Shown: positions 17,686 to 24,000 of the stretch, piece by piece | Numbering within the stretch: the stretch's first letter is position 1 | Layout of the letters: every line of letters begins with the position of its first letter | Source of the DNA: an uncultured Enterobacterales bacterium | GTDB lineage: Bacteria > Pseudomonadota > Gammaproteobacteria > Enterobacterales > Enterobacteriaceae | DNA: 24,000 nt | Reading direction: 5' to 3' | NCBI GenBank assembly: GCA_946478305.1 | Contig: CAMLBO010000005.1 | Coordinates: 1 to 24,000 of the forward strand | Made by a program: the position numbers and the translations under genes | The notes under the pieces: generated by a model | The model's database searches: none | Seen by the model: the letters and a program-made list of their open reading frames with translations, nothing else | What the model was told of the DNA's origin: nothing

Positions 17686-18713
17686 TGGATGAGAAGAATT
17701 TGCCGTTAGCACCTGAAGGTGAGTTTGTGCTGTTTCAAAGCGCGGACGATCGCGTACAGGTGGAATGCCGCTTTGAGTCGGAGACGCTGTGGCTTTCACA
17801 GGCGATGATTTGTGACTTGTACGGTAAAGCCAAGGCCACCATCAGCGAGCATATCAGCCATATTTTTGCTGAGCATGAACTGGAAGAGAATTCAGTTGTT
17901 CGGTTTTACCGAACAACTGCGGCTGATGGAAAAGCCTATAATGTTCAGTATTTTAGCCTGCCGTTAATTCTGGCTGTCGGTTACCGTGTCCGTTCCGCTC
18001 GCGGCACCCAGTTCCGCCAGTGGGCAACGCAAACCTTGCAGGAATATGTCATTAAAGGGTTTGTGATGGACGACCAGCGGCTGAAAAATCCGCCGGTTGG
18101 GCAGTCGGTGGTGCCGGATTATTTCGACGAGATGCTGGAACGCATCCGCGATATTCGCGCCAGCGAACGCCGGGTGTATCTGCGGATTAAAGATATTTTT
18201 GCCATGGCGGCGGATTATCAGCCATCGGATAAAGACACTGCCCGTTTCTTTCAGGCAATTCAGAACAAACTGCATTACGCCTGTACCGGTCTGACGGCGG
18301 CGGAAATTATTGCTCAGCGTGCGGACGCCAGCCAGCCGGATATGGGGCTGACCAGTTTCAAATATGATAACGTGCGTAAAACCGATATCACCATTGCCAA
18401 AAATTATCTGCGTGAAGAAGAAATTGACCAGCTTAACCGCATTATTTCCATGTGGCTGGATTATGCCGAAGACCAGACCAAACGCCGTCAGCAAATATTC
18501 TTAAAAAGCTGGCAGGATAAGCTGGAGCAGTTTCTTAACTTTAATGAACTGGATATTTTGCAGGGTAGCGGTAAAACCAGTAAAAAAGCAGCGGATGAAA
18601 AAGCCTGCCAGCAATATGAACAATTCGCCGAACAGCGCCGCCGCCTGAAAGAAGCCGAAGGCGCCAAAAGTAATATCGAGGCGCTTCACGCCATTGCGCA
18701 GAAAAAGGACTAA
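17685..18713 (+). CDS. RhuM-family protein (COG3943-like; 'DNA-binding protein in cluster with Type I R-M system'), embedded between hsdS and hsdR
   Basis: 342 aa. Its ATG shares one base with the hsdS stop (TGATG, 17683-17687), with GGAGG 7 nt upstream. The core ..LILAVGYRVRSARGTQFRQWATQTLQEYVIKGFVMDDQRLK.. and the N-terminal HTH-like ..LWLSQAMICDLYGKAKATISEHISHIF.. match my recollection of the RhuM family. This was not verified by a search. Confidence 0.7.
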   Translation: MDEKNLPLAPEGEFVLFQSADDRVQVECRFESETLWLSQAMICDLYGKAKATISEHISHIFAEHELEENSVVRFYRTTAADGKAYNVQYFSLPLILAVGYRVRSARGTQFRQWATQTLQEYVIKGFVMDDQRLKNPPVGQSVVPDYFDEMLERIRDIRASERRVYLRIKDIFAMAADYQPSDKDTARFFQAIQNKLHYACTGLTAAEIIAQRADASQPDMGLTSFKYDNVRKTDITIAKNYLREEEIDQLNRIISMWLDYAEDQTKRRQQIFLKSWQDKLEQFLNFNELDILQGSGKTSKKAADEKACQQYEQFAEQRRRLKEAEGAKSNIEALHAIAQKKD

Positions 18714-18716
18714 CGG

Positions 18717-21700
18717 ATGTCACAGCCTGAACCACACCCCCTGCCAAAGTTTGAAGAAGAGTACATCGCCAAATTACCGGCGCTGACGCTGATGACCCAC
18801 ATGGGCTGGACGTTTCTTTCCCCCGCTCAGGCGCTGGCGGCACGCGGCGGCAAGCTGGATCAGGTGGTATTGCGTGATGAACTGCACCGGATGCTGAAAA
18901 CCCGCCGTTTTCATTACGCGGGCAAAGTGTATCCGCTGTCTGAAAAATCCATTGAAAATATCATTAGCGAAGTATGCAGCCCGGCCCTGAATGAAGGATT
19001 GATGTCGGCTAATCAGCGGATGCACAACCATTTGCTGTACGGCATCACGGTGACCGAGTTTGTCGATGGGCGTAAATCCAGCCAGACCGTCGAACTGGTC
19101 GACTGGAAAAATATCGCCAACAACAGCTTTTTGGTCACCGAAGAGTTTCGCGTGACCCGCACCGGCGGCATTGGCTCATCGCATTATGATTGCCGCAAAC
19201 CGGATATCGTCGGTTTTGTGAATGGCATTCCGATGGTGGTGATCGAGGCTAAACGCCCGGTCAGCCAGGGCAAAAAAGGCCCGACTATCGACGAAGGTAT
19301 TTCCCAAAACCTGCGTAATCAGATGCACGACGAAATCCCGCATCTGTTCGTCTACAGCCAGATTTTGCTCTCGATTAACGGCAGCGACGGGCGTTATGGC
19401 ACCTGCGGCACGCCGTTAAAATTTTGGGGCGGCTGGCGCGAAGAAGATATTACCGATGCTGAAATGCTGGCGGTGAAGAACAAAAGACTGAACCCGCAGC
19501 AGGTTTCCGGCTTGTTCAGCCACCGTAAGCCGGAAGATTTACACTGGTATCAGAATCTGATTGCCGGCGGCCATCTGGCGGTGACGGGACAGGATCAGAT
19601 GCTTATCAGCCTGCTGTTGCCGGCGCGCTTATTGGAGATGGTTCGCCTGTATACGCTGTTCGACAAAAAGGTTGGCCGGGTGATTGCCCGTTATCAGCAG
19701 GTGTTTGGCATCAAACGGCTCACCGATCGCATCAAGCTCAAAAACGCCCACGGCGGTCGCGAAGGAGGGGTGATTTGGCATACCACCGGTTCCGGTAAAT
19801 CGCTGACCATGGTGCTGTTCAGTAAAGCGCTGCTGCTGGATGAATCGCTGAAAGCCTGCCGTTTCATCATCGTTACCGACCGGGTGGATCTGCAAGCCCA
19901 GCTGAGTAAAAGTTTTCTGTCGGGCGATCAGCTTTCCGGTAAGCATGATTTTAAGAAAGCGATGGCCAACTCCGGTGCGCGTCTGGCGCAGCAAATTAGC
20001 CAGGGTAAACAGCGGATTATCTTCTCGCTGATCCAGAAGTTTACCTCGGCCACCGAATTACCCGAGTGCCATAACGACGATGCCAATATCGTGGTGCTGA
20101 TCGACGAAGGCCACCGCAGTCAGGGAGGCGAAAATCATATTCGCATGAAGCTGGCGCTGCCTAATGCGGCTTTCGTGGCGTTTACCGGCACGCCGCTGCT
20201 TAAAGACGATAAAACCACCAACAAATTCGGCCCGATTGTTCACGCCTATACCATGCAGCGCGCGGTGGAAGATAAAGCCGTCACGCCGCTGTTATATGAA
20301 GAGCGCAAACCCGAACTGAACGTGAATGAAAAAGCGGTCGACAGTTGGTTTGATCGTATTACTGTTGGTTTGAGCGACGCGCAGCGCGCCGACTTAAAAC
20401 GTAAATATTCCCGCAAAGGCGCAGTGCAAAGCGCCGACGATCGTATTCATTTAATCGCGCTGGACGTCGCCAATCACTTCAGTAAACACATCACCGAGGG
20501 GCTAAAAGGTCAGTTGGCCTGTGACAGCAAACTGTCTGCCATCAAATATAAAAAGTACCTCGACGAAGCGGGCTTGTTTGAGTCCGCCGTGGTGATGAGC
20601 CCGCCGGATACCCGCGAAGGCAATACCAGTATTAATGAAGCAACCCAGCCAGAAGTGTCGAAATGGTGGAAAGACAACGTTGGCAGTGAGGATGAGCGGA
20701 AATATACCCAGAAACTGATTGGGCGTTTTGAGAAAGACGAAAAGTTGAAATTGCTGATCGTGGTCGATAAGTTGTTGACCGGTTTCGATGAGCCGCTTAA
20801 TGCGGTGTTGTATATCGATAAATCCCTGAAAGGGCATAACCTCATTCAGGCCATTGCACGCGTTAACCGACTGCATGATAAGAAGAAAGAAGGCTTGCTT
20901 ATCGACTATCGCGGTGTACTGGCGGAGCTGGACACCACCATCGCCAAATATCAGGATCTGGCTTCGCGCACACAGGGCGGCTATGACATCAATGATATCG
21001 ATGGTTTATATAATCAGATGAGCAGCGAATATAAGCGCTTGCCGTTATTGCATAAAACGTTATGGGCAATCTTCGACGCGGTGCCGAATAAAAGCGATAC
21101 CGAGCAGTTGCGTCAGGCATTGGTGCCTAAAATGGAGCAGCGTAACGGCGAGTTTGTCGATATTCACCTGAAGGCACGTGAAGATTTCTACGAGGCACTG
21201 AGTGAGTTTGCCAGTTGCCTGAAAGTGGCATTGCAATCGGCGACGTTCTTCGAAGACAACAGTTTTAGTGATGCCGACCGTAAAAGTTATAAAGAGACCG
21301 TGCGCCAGCTTTCGATTTTGCGTCAGCAAATTAAAGCCGATGCCGGTGAAACGGTGGATTACGACGAATACGCCGAACAGGTGAAAAAACTGCTCGATAA
21401 ACACGTGGTCGGCGTGCAAATCAAAGAGCCTGACGCAGTGTACGACGTGTCGAAAATGGGGCAGCAGAAGCCCAAAACACCACATCCGTCGTGGTCAGAA
21501 GATAAAACCCGCAACGAAACTGACATCATTAAAACGCGTGTCACCAAAATGATTGAGCAGGAATTGCACGATGATCCTTATGCGCAGGAAGCATTCTCGG
21601 CTCTGCTACTAAAAACGATAGAGGAAGCGGAAAAACAGTTCGATCATCCTTCCAAGCAATATTTGCTTTATACCGAGTTTATGCAGGATGTTGAAAACCG

Positions 21701-22037
21701 CCGGTTGCAGGATATCCCCGATGCTTTTGGTGGTAATAAACACGCACAGGCTTATTACGGCGTTTTCAAGAAAGAGCTACCTCAGGTTTTTGCAGTGGCA
21801 GATGCTCAGGTCGAAAAGAAATGGGTGGCACTGGCGTTTGTGATTGATACTGTGGTCCACCGCGCCGTCACCGAAAACTCTATCAACACGCAAAATATTG
21901 AAGCTGAGATTCGAAAAAATCTTCTCACAATGCTGTTTCACGAGTGCAGGGACGTAGGTGCGGGTATCGATCAGGTGAATAGGATTGTCGAAAGCGTGGT
22001 GCAAATCACCCGCGTCGGCCTGAATGGTGTGTCATAA
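18717..22037 (+). CDS. hsdR: Type I restriction-modification system, restriction (endonuclease/translocase) subunit
   Basis: 1106 aa. It has a PD-(D/E)xK nuclease motif (KPDIVGFVNGIPMVVIEAKRP). SF2 helicase motifs are present: I HTTGSGKSLTM, II VLIDEGHRSQ, III FTGTPL, VI QAIARVNR. The start is 3 nt after the preceding stop, with AAGGA 7 nt upstream. Confidence 0.93.
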   Translation: MSQPEPHPLPKFEEEYIAKLPALTLMTHMGWTFLSPAQALAARGGKLDQVVLRDELHRMLKTRRFHYAGKVYPLSEKSIENIISEVCSPALNEGLMSANQRMHNHLLYGITVTEFVDGRKSSQTVELVDWKNIANNSFLVTEEFRVTRTGGIGSSHYDCRKPDIVGFVNGIPMVVIEAKRPVSQGKKGPTIDEGISQNLRNQMHDEIPHLFVYSQILLSINGSDGRYGTCGTPLKFWGGWREEDITDAEMLAVKNKRLNPQQVSGLFSHRKPEDLHWYQNLIAGGHLAVTGQDQMLISLLLPARLLEMVRLYTLFDKKVGRVIARYQQVFGIKRLTDRIKLKNAHGGREGGVIWHTTGSGKSLTMVLFSKALLLDESLKACRFIIVTDRVDLQAQLSKSFLSGDQLSGKHDFKKAMANSGARLAQQISQGKQRIIFSLIQKFTSATELPECHNDDANIVVLIDEGHRSQGGENHIRMKLALPNAAFVAFTGTPLLKDDKTTNKFGPIVHAYTMQRAVEDKAVTPLLYEERKPELNVNEKAVDSWFDRITVGLSDAQRADLKRKYSRKGAVQSADDRIHLIALDVANHFSKHITEGLKGQLACDSKLSAIKYKKYLDEAGLFESAVVMSPPDTREGNTSINEATQPEVSKWWKDNVGSEDERKYTQKLIGRFEKDEKLKLLIVVDKLLTGFDEPLNAVLYIDKSLKGHNLIQAIARVNRLHDKKKEGLLIDYRGVLAELDTTIAKYQDLASRTQGGYDINDIDGLYNQMSSEYKRLPLLHKTLWAIFDAVPNKSDTEQLRQALVPKMEQRNGEFVDIHLKAREDFYEALSEFASCLKVALQSATFFEDNSFSDADRKSYKETVRQLSILRQQIKADAGETVDYDEYAEQVKKLLDKHVVGVQIKEPDAVYDVSKMGQQKPKTPHPSWSEDKTRNETDIIKTRVTKMIEQELHDDPYAQEAFSALLLKTIEEAEKQFDHPSKQYLLYTEFMQDVENRRLQDIPDAFGGNKHAQAYYGVFKKELPQVFAVADAQVEKKWVALAFVIDTVVHRAVTENSINTQNIEAEIRKNLLTMLFHECRDVGAGIDQVNRIVESVVQITRVGLNGVS

Positions 22038-22044
22038 GGCAAAA

Positions 22045-22824
22045 ATGAGCGTACGCATCGCAATTCCGCGCCCGAAAAAACATTCGCCAGATCTCTGTTT
22101 TCACTATGGAGATGAGCGCATCTGTTTTGAGATCAGCGTCCGACGCAGTGTGAAAAGCAAGGTGCTGATCAAAGTACACCCGGATTGCAGGGTGCTGGTC
22201 GCCGCGCCTGAAAACAGTTCCGACGAAGAAGTGCTCGGTGCGGTGAAAAAACGTGGGCGCTGGATCTGGCAACAATTGCGGGATTTCCGTGCCCAGCAGC
22301 AACATATTACTGAACGACAGTACATCAGCGGTGAAAGCCACTTTTACCTCGGCAAACAGTACATGCTGAAAGTGCTGGTGGAGCCGGAGGAAAAGCAGCG
22401 GGTTAAAATGCTGCGCGGTAAATTGGAAATTACTGTGCGGGAAAGAAACCCCGAGCGTATCCGCGTGCTGCTCAATGAATGGTACAAAGACCGAGCTAAA
22501 GAAGTGTTCGCTCGCAGACTGGAGGCGATGCTGGATCAGGCATTATGGGTTAATGAGCGGCCGCCGCTGCGCGTGCAAACCATGCAAACTCAATGGGGAA
22601 GCTGTTCACCTCAGGGGCGTATTACGCTGAACCCACATCTGGTTAAGGCTCCGCGTGAAAGCATTGATTACGTCATTTTGCACGAGCTTTGCCATCTGGC
22701 GGAACACAACCACAGTGAGCAATTTTACCGGCTAATGAAGCAGGTGATGCCGCACTGGGAGAAAATCAAATCACATCTGGATGGCATAGCGGCGGCGTTG
22801 CTCAATGGCAGTCATTCGGCGTAA
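22045..22824 (+). CDS. DUF45 / YgjP-like (COG1451, SprT/WLM-like) HExxH zinc metallopeptidase
   Basis: Start set to ATG 22045, 7 nt after the hsdR stop with AAGG upstream. The track start 22024 would overlap hsdR by 14 nt. The zinc site is in VILHELCHLAEHNHSEQFYRLM. The N-terminal ..ISVRRSVKSKVLIKVHPDCRVLVAAP..VKKRGRWIWQQL.. is typical of DUF45 proteins as recalled. Confidence 0.8.
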   Translation: MSVRIAIPRPKKHSPDLCFHYGDERICFEISVRRSVKSKVLIKVHPDCRVLVAAPENSSDEEVLGAVKKRGRWIWQQLRDFRAQQQHITERQYISGESHFYLGKQYMLKVLVEPEEKQRVKMLRGKLEITVRERNPERIRVLLNEWYKDRAKEVFARRLEAMLDQALWVNERPPLRVQTMQTQWGSCSPQGRITLNPHLVKAPRESIDYVILHELCHLAEHNHSEQFYRLMKQVMPHWEKIKSHLDGIAAALLNGSHSA

Positions 22825-22853
22825 TTTTTTTCCATATATAAAGGAGCAAGCTA

Positions 22854-24000
22854 ATGAAAAAACAACGTGGTTTGGTGGATGACCTCGCTTTACTGGATAG
22901 CGTAGTTTTAGCCAGCTTTATTGCCTCACTGTATGGCGAATATGAACTCCTGGATACGAGAATAGAACGGCTATTGTTAAAAAACGACACCAGTGCATTA
23001 ATTAAAACGCTTAAAAAAGAGATAAAATCTCTGGGTCGATCCTCCTATTTTTACAGTTATTATCAAGCCGGTGAGTTAGCTCACAATGTATATCAATTAA
23101 AAAGTGAAATCGAAGATAATGTTTTACCTGACTTTCCCGATCAGGCATTTCAATTGGTCAATGATCTACTGGAGACTGCTGAAAATAGCCTGAACCGATG
23201 TGATGATTCTGATGGTAGCGTCGGTGATGTTTACTTGGATATTTGTTTATTATGGTTAAAATCAGCCAGCCTGAGTTCTGTGCCTGCGACAGGTTGGTTG
23301 CCGATCATTAAACAATTAGCCGATAGTAATGATTATGGCGTGCTTGATCCTTTATTACCCAACGCCAATATCCTTCTTTCGCAAGGAGAGTTACGCCAAC
23401 TGGCCGCTTATTATGAAGACGGATTACGTGCCTCGCTCAAAACGAAAAAAAGGGATGAATTCCGTGATATTAGCTGGTCAGTTAACCTCCATAGCGTGGC
23501 TGAAGCGTTAAAAGACCCGGCAATCTATATTCAGGCAACATTACTGGTCAGCCCTTCGCCAAATCATATGCAGATGGAAAGCATGGTTGAGTTTAGCCTG
23601 CATTGTGGTGCGTATGATGAGGCAATGAAATGGCTGCAAAAAGACTGGGGAGAAAGTGGCTGGAAAAAGCCCAATGCAACACGCCTGTCACTATTAGCCG
23701 ACTGCTATCAGGGGCTGAATCAGCCAGAAAAACGCCTGGCTGCGCTGATTGAGTTGATGGATATAGAACCCACGTTTGAGAATTTCCAAAAAGTGGAGCC
23801 GCTGGTTTCTGAAGATGACGTCCGTCAATTACGTGAGCAATTGATTATCGCTGTCCTCAAAGAGTCTGAACTTGATGACCAGTTAGACCCATTACTCAAA
23901 CTCAATGAATACAGCAAAGCTGAAGAGCTGGCGATAAAGGGCGTCAATGAAATCGCTGAGTGGCATTATACCCAGTTGCTTTCGTTGTTGGATGAAGTGC
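22854..24000 (+). CDS. Hypothetical protein, predicted all-alpha/TPR-like; 3' end lies outside the window (382 codons visible)
   Basis: This ORF is not in the supplied track because it has no stop codon in the window. ATG 22854 is preceded by AAGGAG (22841-22846) with 7-nt spacing. I translated it by hand and found no in-frame stop through 23999 (MKKQRGLVDDLALLDSVVLASFIASLYGEYELLDTRIERLL...HYTQLLSLLDEV). It is AT-rich compared with its neighbours. I did not recognise any family. Confidence 0.75.
   Translation, partial: MKKQRGLVDDLALLDSVVLASFIASLYGEYELLDTRIERLLLKNDTSALIKTLKKEIKSLGRSSYFYSYYQAGELAHNVYQLKSEIEDNVLPDFPDQAFQLVNDLLETAENSLNRCDDSDGSVGDVYLDICLLWLKSASLSSVPATGWLPIIKQLADSNDYGVLDPLLPNANILLSQGELRQLAAYYEDGLRASLKTKKRDEFRDISWSVNLHSVAEALKDPAIYIQATLLVSPSPNHMQMESMVEFSLHCGAYDEAMKWLQKDWGESGWKKPNATRLSLLADCYQGLNQPEKRLAALIELMDIEPTFENFQKVEPLVSEDDVRQLREQLIIAVLKESELDDQLDPLLKLNEYSKAEELAIKGVNEIAEWHYTQLLSLLDEV

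Noticed and set aside
23329-23511. 60-aa ORF in the track within the last 1.1 kb
   Set aside because: It lies out of frame inside the much longer open ORF that starts at 22854, which has a strong SD.

Overview
This is a chromosomal segment that looks like Enterobacteriaceae, based on gene content, an ERIC repeat, and close resemblance (from memory) to E. coli Mqo, EbgR/A/C and YgjK. From left to right it contains: the 3' end of a GGDEF diguanylate cyclase, a cytochrome b561 gene, an ERIC element and mqo. Next is a complete ebg/ygj glycoside-utilisation locus in two divergent units. ebgR-ebgA-ebgC and an APC transporter lie on the minus strand, and ygjJ-ygjK on the plus strand. Both units carry a near-identical AT-rich operator-like motif. 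An NCS1 (CodB/CytX-like) permease follows. The right-hand part is an accessory region. It holds a five-gene, translationally coupled Type I restriction-modification operon: hsdM-hsdS-(RhuM-like)-hsdR-(DUF45/YgjP-like HExxH peptidase). After it comes an AT-rich ORF of unknown function that runs off the window and is missing from the supplied ORF track. The best candidate for an undescribed system is this Type I R-M operon with its two embedded uncharacterised genes, plus the downstream orphan ORF. I recognised no rRNA, tRNA, CRISPR array, transposase or integrase. All family assignments come from motifs read by eye and recalled homologues, not from searches.
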